DNA of 64,000 bases from Spirochaetia bacterium (lineage in GTDB: Bacteria; Spirochaetota; Spirochaetia; SZUA-6; Bin103): assembly GCA_965208575.1 (NCBI GenBank), contig CBDBOV010000005.1, forward strand, positions 288,001-352,000. Reading direction: 5' to 3'. A program made the position numbers and the translations under genes. The notes under the pieces were generated by a model that saw only the letters and a list, made by a program, of their open reading frames with translations, did no database searches and was not told where the DNA came from. Shown piece by piece: positions 35,843 through 45,125 of this stretch. Numbering within the stretch: position 1 is the first letter of the stretch; every line of letters begins with the position of its first letter.

Positions 35843-37669
35843 ATGAAATATATCGTAAGCATGAGAATGACCTTCGCGGTTGCGCTGGTCATGATGCTGA
35901 CCGCGACCGGCCTCTGGGCCACCGGCGCAGACGAGGAGGAGCCGGCAGTCGCTGCCGACAGAGAGACGGTGTTCGACCCCGCCACCGGCATAACGTGGAC
36001 CGCGCCAGAGTATGGCGGAACACTCACGTGGGGCGCTAACGGTCTGCCCAAGAATACTGACCTGTGGGCGCCTGGTGGCTGGACGCCGCACCTCATCAGT
36101 GGCGTCAATGAGAAGCTAGTGCACGGCAACTGGGCAATATCCAGGGACAAGGTGGCTGAACTAGCTTGGATCTATTCGGGCCCAGAGATGTACCGAGGGG
36201 CTCTGGCTGAAAGCTGGGAAATGCCCGATGACACAACGTGGATCTGGAACATCCGCCAGGGCGTTCACTACCACGATAAGGCGCCGATGAACGGTCGGGA
36301 GTTCGATGCTTATGACGTCGAATGGAACTATCACCGCTTTTGGGGTCTGGGTGATTTCACCGAAGACGGACCTACCCCCAACCTGGCGGTAAGAGCTTTC
36401 GGTATAGAGCTCGAATCGGCAACGGCCACCGACCAATGGACGGTTGAGCTTAAGCTGACGAAGCCTTACCCCAATACGGTGTACTTGATGTCCCACAACC
36501 TGACTTGGATGTTGGCCCGCGAGGTAGTCGAGCAATACGGCGACTATGGGGATTGGAGGAACGTGGTCGGCACGGGGCCCTATCAACTGACTGACCTTGT
36601 CGAGGACACCTCGGCAACCTGGGAAAAGAATCCCAACTACTGGGGCTACGACGAAAAATTCCCGGACAACCGCCTACCCTATATTGACACGTTGAAAAAC
36701 CTCGTTATACCAGACAAGGCAGCACGTCTGGCGGCAATGCGCACCGGTAAGATTGATATGCTTAGTATGACCGGCGACGCTCGGATATTCAGCGTCGACA
36801 ATATAGAGAGCCTGCAGAAGACCAACCCTGAAATTGAGGTGTGGCCCGTTTATGCCTTTTCCAGTGGCTCTCATATTTTTAACCAGTCTCTGCCACTCAT
36901 GCAGGACGTCAATGTGCGCAAGGCACTGCAGATGGCAGTGGACCGCGAGACGATTTCCGCTACCTTCCTTAAGGGTTGGGGAGATCCAGCACCTAATGGG
37001 ATAGTAAGTCAGAGGCAGGTAGGGTGGAACTGGCCGTATGAAGAATGGCCCGAAGAGGTCAAGGCAGGCTATCGGCATGACCCGGCAGAGGCAGAAGCGT
37101 TGCTTGATGAGGCCGGATATCCACGAGGCGCCGACGGCGTTCGATTCACGCTCAAGTTTGGCCATGCCGGTTGGTCGGATCCGGCCTATCCAGAAGTCGT
37201 CATAGCGTACTTTGACGCCATTGGCGTGAAGAGCGAGCTGGTTGTGGTTCCTGGCGCTGAGATGGGACATTACATGTCTACGGAAGCGCACGATCTCCAC
37301 CTGGTTAATTGGGTGGGATATCCGATTTTCCCCCCCTCGCCCGATGTATATAGGCTCACAAGTAACCCCTGGAGTCGTACACTCGGTCGTCACTGGAGCA
37401 AAGCGAAGGACCCGGAAATGGACGCCCTGATTGCCGAAATGCAAGCTACTACCACCGCGGAGGAGTGGCAGAGCTTACATGTACGGGTCGATGAGAAAAC
37501 GGTAAGGGAGCACTGGGGCTTGGTGAAACCCATCTCCCCTCAGTTTAGCGTGACCCAGCCGTGGGTCGAGGGTTATTTCGGTGAAGCAGGTCTGGGATAC
37601 GCTGAACGTAATACCTTCAAGGCCCGCCTCTGGATTGATAGTGCGCTGAAGGCAGCAAGCGGTCGTTAG
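35843..37669 (+). CDS. Peptide/nickel ABC solute-binding protein (family 5), cassette 1
   Basis: PEYGGTLT, LAESWE, GTGPY, KNPNYW, VRKALQMAVDR; GGAG RBS. Confidence 0.92.
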   Translation: MKYIVSMRMTFAVALVMMLTATGLWATGADEEEPAVAADRETVFDPATGITWTAPEYGGTLTWGANGLPKNTDLWAPGGWTPHLISGVNEKLVHGNWAISRDKVAELAWIYSGPEMYRGALAESWEMPDDTTWIWNIRQGVHYHDKAPMNGREFDAYDVEWNYHRFWGLGDFTEDGPTPNLAVRAFGIELESATATDQWTVELKLTKPYPNTVYLMSHNLTWMLAREVVEQYGDYGDWRNVVGTGPYQLTDLVEDTSATWEKNPNYWGYDEKFPDNRLPYIDTLKNLVIPDKAARLAAMRTGKIDMLSMTGDARIFSVDNIESLQKTNPEIEVWPVYAFSSGSHIFNQSLPLMQDVNVRKALQMAVDRETISATFLKGWGDPAPNGIVSQRQVGWNWPYEEWPEEVKAGYRHDPAEAEALLDEAGYPRGADGVRFTLKFGHAGWSDPAYPEVVIAYFDAIGVKSELVVVPGAEMGHYMSTEAHDLHLVNWVGYPIFPPSPDVYRLTSNPWSRTLGRHWSKAKDPEMDALIAEMQATTTAEEWQSLHVRVDEKTVREHWGLVKPISPQFSVTQPWVEGYFGEAGLGYAERNTFKARLWIDSALKAASGR

Positions 37670-37705
37670 GGGTTTCATCTCCCTGTGGCTGACCTCGGGG
37701 AAAAA

Positions 37706-37739
37706 GGGAACTGGGGGGCTCAAGCCCCCCAGTTTTCCC
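37706..37739 (+). terminator. Stem-loop between SBP and permease
   Basis: GGGAACTGGGGGGC-TCAA-GCCCCCCAGTTTTCCC; related hairpins at 43645-43678, ~46991-47036 and 54573-54607. Confidence 0.6.
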
Positions 37740-37752
37740 ATACTCGTGTGAC

Positions 37753-38754
37753 ATGAGAGCCTATATCATAAGGCGGTTATTGCTCATAATCCCCACCCTC
37801 TTCATTCTGAGCATCCTGATCTTTCTCTCGGTCCGCTTCATTCCCGGCGATGTAATAGACGCAATGGCGGGAACTATAGATTCGACGCAAATGGACCTGG
37901 ACCGTGAAGCTGTTGAGCGTATTCTGGGATTGGACGTGCCTGTCTACGTACAGTACGGACGCTGGATCGGAGTGTTGCCTAGCCCTGACTGGATTACCAA
38001 GGAGTCCCACTTCAACGGTATCCTCCAGGGCACCCTTGGCCAATCACTGATTGGCGGCCAACGCCCGATAGAGGAGCAGATACTAGCTAAATTGCCAGTA
38101 ACCATTGAGCTTGGCGTCCTGGCCATCGTAATCGGGCTGGTGATAGCCCTGCCCGTCGGCATCTACTCGGCGATTCGCCAGGATACGGCCACCGACTACG
38201 TGGGGCGCACCGCGGCCGTCATCGGCCTGGCAACGCCTAACTTCTGGCTGGCAATTATGGTAACGCTCTACCCGGCAATCTGGTGGGGCTGGTCGCCATC
38301 GGTAGAGTATATCCGTCTTGTCGAAGACCCGCTGCGGAACCTGGGGATGTTACTCATTCCCGCCGTGATTCTGGGCACGGCCATGTCGGCAGCCACCATG
38401 CGGCTGACACGCACCATGATGCTGGAGGTGCTCAGGCAGGACTATATCAGGACAGCCTGGTCCAAGGGTCTCAAGGAGAGGGTAGTTATTGTGAGACACG
38501 CCGTCAAGAATGCCCTTATCCCGGTGGTTACGTTGATAGGCCTGCAGTTGCCTCTGCTGGTAGGTGGCTCCGTTATCATGGAGAACATATTTAACCTGCC
38601 GGGAATAGGTCGTATGTTTCTGGATTCACTCGAAGCCAGAGACTACCCAGTGATCCAAGGAGTAAACCTTTTTTTCGCCACCGTAGTCATGCTTAGCATT
38701 CTACTCATCGACGTGATTTATCCTTATTTGGACCCCAGGGTCCGCTACAGCTAA
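37753..38754 (+). CDS. ABC permease, DppB/OppB-like
   Basis: YIIRRLL, EAA-region LRQDYIRTAWSKGL, LDPRVRY. Confidence 0.93.
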   Translation: MRAYIIRRLLLIIPTLFILSILIFLSVRFIPGDVIDAMAGTIDSTQMDLDREAVERILGLDVPVYVQYGRWIGVLPSPDWITKESHFNGILQGTLGQSLIGGQRPIEEQILAKLPVTIELGVLAIVIGLVIALPVGIYSAIRQDTATDYVGRTAAVIGLATPNFWLAIMVTLYPAIWWGWSPSVEYIRLVEDPLRNLGMLLIPAVILGTAMSAATMRLTRTMMLEVLRQDYIRTAWSKGLKERVVIVRHAVKNALIPVVTLIGLQLPLLVGGSVIMENIFNLPGIGRMFLDSLEARDYPVIQGVNLFFATVVMLSILLIDVIYPYLDPRVRYS

Positions 38755-38763
38755 AGGAAGCAT

Positions 38764-39660
38764 ATGAGCGACGCCACAGGAATACCATCAGCAGAAATTG
38801 GGCCAAAGAGACGTTCCCGGCAGGCTGCGTTCGTTATCAGGCTGGTCAAGGAGAAGCCGCTCGGTACTGCCAGCGGGATTGTCATATTGATATGGATTTT
38901 GATCGCTATCTTTGCCGATGCTCTGACCCCTTATCCACCTTTCGAAATGCACTTGGCAGACCGGCTGCAGGGCGCATCCGTCCAGTATCTCCTGGGGACC
39001 GACCACATAGGGCGAGACTTCTTGAGCCGCCTGATCCTAGGGGCGCGTACTTCGATACTGATCGGTCTGGCAGCGACCGCTCTGAGTACTGTGATCGGTA
39101 CCCTGATAGGCGGCACTTCAGGATTCCTTGGTGGTAAGTTTGACATTATAGTGCAGAGGGTTGTCGATGCCTGGACGGTCTTCCCGGGACTGCTCCTGTT
39201 GCTCACCATAATGTCGATAGTGGGGCGCGGTATACCACAGATAATACTGGTCCTGGGGATATCAGGAGGCATTGGCGGCAGCAGACTGATCCGAAGCGCC
39301 GTTATCGCCATCAAGGGGAGTGACAACTTTCTGGCAGCAGAGGCGGTTGGCAACACAAAATGGCGTTCATTCATCCGCCATGTCCTGCCCAATGTTATGC
39401 CTGTCGTCATCATCATGTTCTCGATAACCGTAGGAGGCGTAATCCTGAGTATTGCTTCTCTGAGCTTCCTCGGATATGGTCTGCCCCCCACGACTCCTGA
39501 CTGGGGAGGTCTGCTCAGCCGGGAAGGGCGTCAATACATGGAGCAGGCGCCCTGGCTGGCGGTCTGGCCCGGTCTTTGCCTGACGATTGCCGTTTACTGT
39601 CTAAACATGCTCGGGGACGCCATGCGGGACCTCCTCGACCCCAGGCTCAGGGGCGGCTAG
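38764..39660 (+). CDS. ABC permease, DppC/OppC-like
   Basis: LLGTDHIGRD, RHVLPN, LSFLGYG, RDLLDPRLRG. Confidence 0.93.
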   Translation: MSDATGIPSAEIGPKRRSRQAAFVIRLVKEKPLGTASGIVILIWILIAIFADALTPYPPFEMHLADRLQGASVQYLLGTDHIGRDFLSRLILGARTSILIGLAATALSTVIGTLIGGTSGFLGGKFDIIVQRVVDAWTVFPGLLLLLTIMSIVGRGIPQIILVLGISGGIGGSRLIRSAVIAIKGSDNFLAAEAVGNTKWRSFIRHVLPNVMPVVIIMFSITVGGVILSIASLSFLGYGLPPTTPDWGGLLSREGRQYMEQAPWLAVWPGLCLTIAVYCLNMLGDAMRDLLDPRLRGG

Positions 39661-39953
39661 TTCGCTGGCCACGTCTATATCCTGGTGAACAACGCGGGCA
39701 TAATCGCGCGCCTGGCTGGGAAAATCGGCCCGAGAGCAACGACAAAGATTGGGACATGATATAGAACGCGCAGGGTCCGTGCACCAAGGGCGCTCGCCCG
39801 CTGGACCAGACGAGCCCGGCTAGCCCCGCTCCCCCGACCGCGCCCGGCGGCCGCGCGCGAGGTGCTAAGCTGCGGTGGCGCTGCCGGCTTCGTCCTGGCG
39901 TTTCGCGGCTCGCCTGTGGTATCGTGGCGCAACGAGGATCCACACGCACCCAT

Positions 39954-40784
39954 ATGAGCAAGCACATGATAACCGTCGCGGTGACCGGCTCGGTGCCGAC
40001 GCGCGACCAGCATCCCGGCCTCCCCCACACCCCCGCGGAGATCGCCGACGCCACCTACGACTGCTACCGAGCCGGCGCCGCCATCGTCCATATCCATGTG
40101 CGCGATCCCGAGACCGGGGTCCCCACCTACCGCCTCGAGCTATTTCGCGAGTGCGTCGAGAGGATCCGCGACAAGTGCGACATCCTCATCAACCTGACGA
40201 CCAGCGGCAACAACATCCCCCGTAAGAACGTCATCGAGGAACGGCTGGAGCCGGTCGAGCTCGGCACCGAGCTGTGCTCCCTCGACATCGGGTCGTTCAA
40301 CCTCGGGTACCGCCCGGCGGTCTTTCAGAACCCATCCGACTGGAGTCTGGCCGCGGCGCAACGAATGCGGGAGCGAGGCGTAAAGCCGGAGATCGAGGTG
40401 TTCGACATGGGCCACGCCTGGCAGGCGCGTGCCATGATCGAGCAGGGGCTGTTCGACGATCCGCCCTATGTGCAGATCTGCATGGGAGTGAGGTGGGGCA
40501 TCGAGGGGACGCCGGAGAACCTGCTGCTGATGCGCAAGCAGCTGCCCGCCGACATCCCCTGGTCGGTGCTGGGTGTGGGGCGCGCGCAGCTGCCACTCAT
40601 CACCATGGCGGTGATCCTCGGCGGACACGTGCGCGTGGGTTTCGAAGACAACCTCTACCTGCGCAAGGGGGTGCTGCTCGAGAGCAACGCGCAGATGGTG
40701 GAGGCTGCCGCCAACATCATTCAGCAGCAGCAGCGTGAGGTGGCCACCACCACCGACGCTCGCCAGATCCTTGGCATCAACTGA
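39954..40784 (+). CDS. 3-keto-5-aminohexanoate cleavage enzyme family (BKACE, DUF849)
   Basis: ITVAVTG, AGAAIVHIHVRD, KPEIEVFD, GGHVRVGFEDN. Confidence 0.92.
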   Translation: MSKHMITVAVTGSVPTRDQHPGLPHTPAEIADATYDCYRAGAAIVHIHVRDPETGVPTYRLELFRECVERIRDKCDILINLTTSGNNIPRKNVIEERLEPVELGTELCSLDIGSFNLGYRPAVFQNPSDWSLAAAQRMRERGVKPEIEVFDMGHAWQARAMIEQGLFDDPPYVQICMGVRWGIEGTPENLLLMRKQLPADIPWSVLGVGRAQLPLITMAVILGGHVRVGFEDNLYLRKGVLLESNAQMVEAAANIIQQQQREVATTTDARQILGIN

Positions 40785-40997
40785 GCGGGCGCCATCGAGG
40801 TTCAGACGAGGCTCTTCCTACACCACCTCTAACCCTGACGTTCAGGTCTTCACCCCGTGACCCCTGTGACCCCCGTGACCCGACACCGCGCGACGATGGC
40901 ACGTGCGGCCGCCTGTGCTTCGAGCGCGTCGAGGGACTCCAGAGTAGAAGGTCGCCACCGCCGCCAAGGTCGCCACCGAGGAGGAGGCGGTGCGCAA

Positions 40998-41150
40998 CGG
41001 AGCTGGCCGGCCTTGACCGCGAGCGGGTGCGTGAGTGGCATAACGGCTATAGCTGGCTGGGCACGGAGAAGGTGTACAACGCGTACGACGTGCTGCTGCT
41101 GTTTCGCCGCCGTGAATTCGCCGCCCACTGGTTCGAGACCGCCACGCCGG
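40998..41150 (+). pseudogene. Fragment of an AAA-ATPase-like/PD-(D/E)XK nuclease gene
   Basis: ELAGLDRERVREWHNGYSWLGTEKVYNAYDVLLLF...HWFETATP resembles the WYNGY...VYNP...WFETGTP signature. Confidence 0.75.
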
Positions 41151-41256
41151 AGCGGTGGTGGGTCGCGCTCTTGACATGGATTGGGGACGGCCTCTACACT
41201 CGTCGCGAATGGGTACCGACACCATCCGCCCCAACCGCTGCCTAGCGCTGAGCCAG

Positions 41257-41296
41257 CCGACTACCCGACTACCCGACTACCCGACTACCCGACTAC
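41257..41296 (+). repeat. (CCGACTAC)5 microsatellite; related (GACTACC)3 at 35457-35477
   Basis: Read directly from the sequence. Confidence 0.95.
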
Positions 41297-41657
41297 CGCG
41301 CGCCGCTAGCCGCTCAGCCGACCGAGCCGCGGGCGACCGCCCGGTGCCGGTGCTGAGCGCGGCAGCATCGATCCGTGTGGCGCACAGCCGCCACGCATCC
41401 GTGCGTCCTAGCGGCCGACCCCGTCGGCCGCCACTTCCACCAGTCCAGACCAGCATGCGTAGCGCCGCTTGCCGGCCGCCACGCGTGGCGTGCGCAGGCA
41501 TGCCCTTTCGGCGCGGCGCACGGGCGTCAAGGAGGTACGGCCTAGAGGATTAACGTAGAGACCGGGCGGCCGCGGACGCGAAGGGTGTCGCCCTCGCTCG
41601 ACTGAGGGAGCAGGCGAGGGGCCGGCAGTGGCAACAGCGCTCTCGAAGGAGATCTCA

Positions 41658-43451
41658 ATGAGGTTTTTCAAAACAGGCCTCGCGATAGTGTGCGGTCTCA
41701 TGCTGACCGCGACCGGCCTCTGGGCCGCTGGCGCAGACGAGGAGGAGCCGGCAGTCTCTGCCGACAGAGAGACGGTGTTCGACCCCGCCACCGGCAAGAC
41801 GTGGACCGCGCCAGAGTATGGCGGGACAATCACGTGGGCACATAAGCGCTTTCCTAAGAGCGCTGACGTGTGGGAGGTTGGTGGCTGGGGGCCTCACTTC
41901 GTCAGTGGCGTTAATGAGAAGCTATCCTTCGCCGACTGGGGACTATCCAGGGAAGAGCACTTTGACCTATACATCATTGTGACCCCAGAGATGACGAGAG
42001 GGAATCTGGCTGAAAGCTGGTCGCAACCCGACGCCACAACGTTCATTTGGAACATCCGCCAGGGCGTTAACTGGGACAATAAGGCGCCGGTGAACGGTCG
42101 GGAGTTCGATGCTCATGACGTCGTATGGAACTATCACCGCTATTTTGGTCTGGGCGATTTCACCGAAGTCGGACCTAGCCCCCAGAGTCGTGGTATTGGT
42201 CAGGGTGTAGAGATCGAATCGGCAAGGGCCACCGACAAATGGACGGTTGAGATTAAACACAAGCCTGCCCCCGGTGTGCTGGGGAAGATGCTCCACAACG
42301 TGTTTTTTGTGTACGCGCCCGAGGTAGTCGAGAAAGACGGCGGCGCTGCGGATTGGCGGAACGTGGTCGGCACCGGGCCCTATCGACTGACTGAGCACGT
42401 CGAGGGCAGCTCGGCAACCTGGGAGAAGAATCCTAACTACTGGGCCTACGACGAAAAATTCCCGCAGAACCGCCTGCCCTATATTGACACGTTAAGGTCC
42501 CTGGTGATACCGGAGAGCTCAGCACGTCTGGCGGCAATGCGCACGGGAAAGATTGATATGCTGAGTAACACCGGCGACGCTTTTATAACGAGTATCGACG
42601 ATGTAGAGAGCCTCCAGAAGACCAACCCTGAAATCGAGGTGTGGCCCCGTTATAGCTGGATAACGGGCCCTTCCATTTTTAACCAGTCTCTGCCGCTCAT
42701 GCAGGACGTCAATGTGCGCAAGGCACTGCAGATGTCAGTGGACCGCGAGACAATTTCTGCTACCTTCTTTAAGGGTTGGGCAGATCCAGCACCTTATGGT
42801 TTGGTACATCAAGGTTCTAAAGGGTGGGCCTGGCCATATGAAGACTGGCCCGAAGAGGTCAGGGCAGGCTATAGGTATGACCCGGCAGGGGCAGAAGCGT
42901 TGCTTGATGCGGCTGGACATCCGCGCGGCTCCGACGGATATAGATTCACGGTCAAGCTAGGCCATTTCGACAGGTACGACCCGGCCTATGCAGAAATCGT
43001 CATCGGGTACTTCGACGCCATTGGCGTTAAAGGCGAGCTTGCTATTCTGACTGACGCTGAGGTGAGACCTCTCAACGCGGCGGACACGCACGAGTTTCAC
43101 TTAATGAATAATGCATATGGGACTTTGTCCCCCTCCTTATATGTACAGAGAATAACACGATTTGGTGATGATGACTACGCCAAAGCGAATGACCCGCGAA
43201 TGGATGCCCTGGTTGCCGCCATGCAAAATCCTACCACCCTGGAGGAGTGGCAGGGCTATTATCGACAGGCCGATGAGATCGCTATAAGGGAGCACTGGGG
43301 CCTAATTAAGTCCAACGCCCCTAAGTTTAGCTTGAGCCAGCCGTGGGTCGAGGGTTATTCCGGTGAATTTGGTATGGGATGGGGTGAACGTAATACCTTC
43401 ATGGCCCGCCTCTGGATTGATAGTGAGCTAAAGGAATCAATGGGTCATTAG
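41658..43451 (+). CDS. Family 5 ABC solute-binding protein, cassette 2
   Basis: Close paralogue of 35843-37669; AAGGAG RBS. Confidence 0.92.
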   Translation: MRFFKTGLAIVCGLMLTATGLWAAGADEEEPAVSADRETVFDPATGKTWTAPEYGGTITWAHKRFPKSADVWEVGGWGPHFVSGVNEKLSFADWGLSREEHFDLYIIVTPEMTRGNLAESWSQPDATTFIWNIRQGVNWDNKAPVNGREFDAHDVVWNYHRYFGLGDFTEVGPSPQSRGIGQGVEIESARATDKWTVEIKHKPAPGVLGKMLHNVFFVYAPEVVEKDGGAADWRNVVGTGPYRLTEHVEGSSATWEKNPNYWAYDEKFPQNRLPYIDTLRSLVIPESSARLAAMRTGKIDMLSNTGDAFITSIDDVESLQKTNPEIEVWPRYSWITGPSIFNQSLPLMQDVNVRKALQMSVDRETISATFFKGWADPAPYGLVHQGSKGWAWPYEDWPEEVRAGYRYDPAGAEALLDAAGHPRGSDGYRFTVKLGHFDRYDPAYAEIVIGYFDAIGVKGELAILTDAEVRPLNAADTHEFHLMNNAYGTLSPSLYVQRITRFGDDDYAKANDPRMDALVAAMQNPTTLEEWQGYYRQADEIAIREHWGLIKSNAPKFSLSQPWVEGYSGEFGMGWGERNTFMARLWIDSELKESMGH

Positions 43452-43712
43452 GGGCTTTGAGCAGCCGACAAGACCGCATCCCAGCCGGGGAAGGACCGAC
43501 CTGCAGGGACGTGTCGTGTAGGGCATAAAGCTGAAGTCGTCAGGAGGGATTTGGTCTGGCGCCTGAGCCAGTGAATCTCTGCCTATGGCTTGCGCGCGCC
43601 GCGATTCTACCCGGCCACCCGTTGTGGCTGAGCTTAGGGAAAAAGGGAGCTGGGGGGCCAAGCCCCCCAGTTTTCCCATACTCCTTGAATAATGAGAGGG
43701 GCGCTTTCTCGC

Positions 43713-43886
43713 TGTCATCCCGGACTTGATCCGGGATTCAGGAGTTCTTGGGTAGGTCCCTAGATTCAGGGTGAAGCCCGGAATGACAAATCAAACTGAT
43801 CACTACTCTTCGCATTAGAACCAGAAATGAAGCTGCCTTGTGTCTACATTCTTGCGAGTCCCGAAAAGTCGGGGCTCGCAATGACA
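43713..43886 (+). mobile_element. REP-like palindromic repeat with a GIY-YIG nuclease 5' relic
   Basis: TGTCATCCCGGACTTGATCCGGGA...CCCGGAATGACA; ORF from 43827 begins MKLPCVYILAS; ends CTCGCAATGACA. Confidence 0.6.
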
Positions 43887-43900
43887 AGGAGGAGTGTGCC

Positions 43901-44911
43901 ATGAGAGCCTATATAATCAGGCGGTTATTGCTGATAATCCCGACCCTGTTTCTATTGAGTATCCTAGTGTTTCTCTCGGTCCGCTTCATCCCCGGCGATG
44001 TAATAGACGTAATGGTGGCTGAGATGGACGGATGGCATGCCGCGGGTGCCGATATAGACCGCGAATCTCTTGAGCGTATGCTGGGATTAGACGTGCCTGT
44101 CTACGTACAGTACGGACGCTGGATAGGAGTGTTGCCTACCCCTGACTGGATTACCAAGGAGTCCCACTTCAACGGTATCCTCCAGGGCACCCTTGGCCAA
44201 TCACTGATTGGCGGCCAACGCCCGATAGAGGAGCAGATACTAGCTAAATTGCCAATAACCATTGAACTTGGCGTCCTGGCAATCGTAATCGGGTTGGTGA
44301 TAGCACTGCCCGTCGGCATCTACTCGGCGATTCGCCAGGATACGGCCACCGACTACGTGGGGCGCACCGCGGCGGTCATCGGCCTGGCAGCGCCTAACTT
44401 CTGGCTGGCAATTATGGTAACGCTCTACCCGGCAATCTGGTGGGGCTGGTCGCCATCGGTAGAGTATATCCCTCTTGTCGAAGACCCGCTGGGGAACCTG
44501 GGGATGTTCATCATTCCTGCTGTGATTCTGGGGACGGCCATGTCTGCCGCCACCATGAGGCTGACACGCACCATGATGCTGGAGGTGCTCAGGCAGGACT
44601 ATATCAGGACAGCCTGGTCCAAGGGTCTCAAGGAGAGGGTAGTTATTGTGAGACACGCCGTCAAGAATGCCCTTATCCCGGTGGTTACCCTGATAGGCCT
44701 GCAGCTGCCTCTGCTGGTAGGTGGCTCCGTTATCATGGAGAACATATTTAACCTGCCGGGGCTAGGTCGACTGTTTCTGGATTCACTCGAAGCCAGAGAC
44801 TACCCGGTGATCCAAGGAGTAAACCTGTTTTTCGCCACCGTAGTTATGCTTATCATTCTACTCATCGACGTGATTTATCCTCATTTAGACCCCAGGGTCC
44901 GCTACAGCTAA
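43901..44911 (+). CDS. ABC permease, DppB-like (cassette 2)
   Basis: Near-identical to 37753-38754 over most of its length; AGGAGG RBS. Confidence 0.93.
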   Translation: MRAYIIRRLLLIIPTLFLLSILVFLSVRFIPGDVIDVMVAEMDGWHAAGADIDRESLERMLGLDVPVYVQYGRWIGVLPTPDWITKESHFNGILQGTLGQSLIGGQRPIEEQILAKLPITIELGVLAIVIGLVIALPVGIYSAIRQDTATDYVGRTAAVIGLAAPNFWLAIMVTLYPAIWWGWSPSVEYIPLVEDPLGNLGMFIIPAVILGTAMSAATMRLTRTMMLEVLRQDYIRTAWSKGLKERVVIVRHAVKNALIPVVTLIGLQLPLLVGGSVIMENIFNLPGLGRLFLDSLEARDYPVIQGVNLFFATVVMLIILLIDVIYPHLDPRVRYS

Positions 44912-44919
44912 AGGGGCAT

Positions 44920-44971
44920 ATGAGCGACGCCACAGGAATACCATCAGCACAAACTGCGCCAAAGAGACGTT
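44920..44971 (+). pseudogene. 5' stub of a DppC-like permease
   Basis: MSDATGIPSAQTAPKRR matches the start of 38764 (MSDATGIPSAEIGPKRR), then homology stops. Confidence 0.8.
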
Positions 44972-45078
44972 GTCCAGCCAGTGCCCGATGATGCCCATCG
45001 CGGTCTCGCCCTCCTGATTGAACACGCCCAGGTCGCGGTAGATCTCGACCAGTCGCCGCACCTCCGCCCGGTGAAGCC
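44969..45078 (-). pseudogene. Second AAA-ATPase-like gene fragment (frameshifted)
   Basis: GFT/AEVRRLVEIYRDLGVFNQEGETAMGIIGHWLDN resembles GFTExEV...WYNGY. Confidence 0.55.
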
Positions 45079-45125
45079 GGCCGGCGCGGCGTCCGGCGTG
45101 GGAGCGTCAGGTTGCCTCGACCGAC

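Noticed and set aside
40854-40980. Short repeats (CCCGTGACC)x3 and AAGGTCGCCACCG x2
   Set aside because: Low-copy slippage repeats in decayed intergenic DNA with no supporting context
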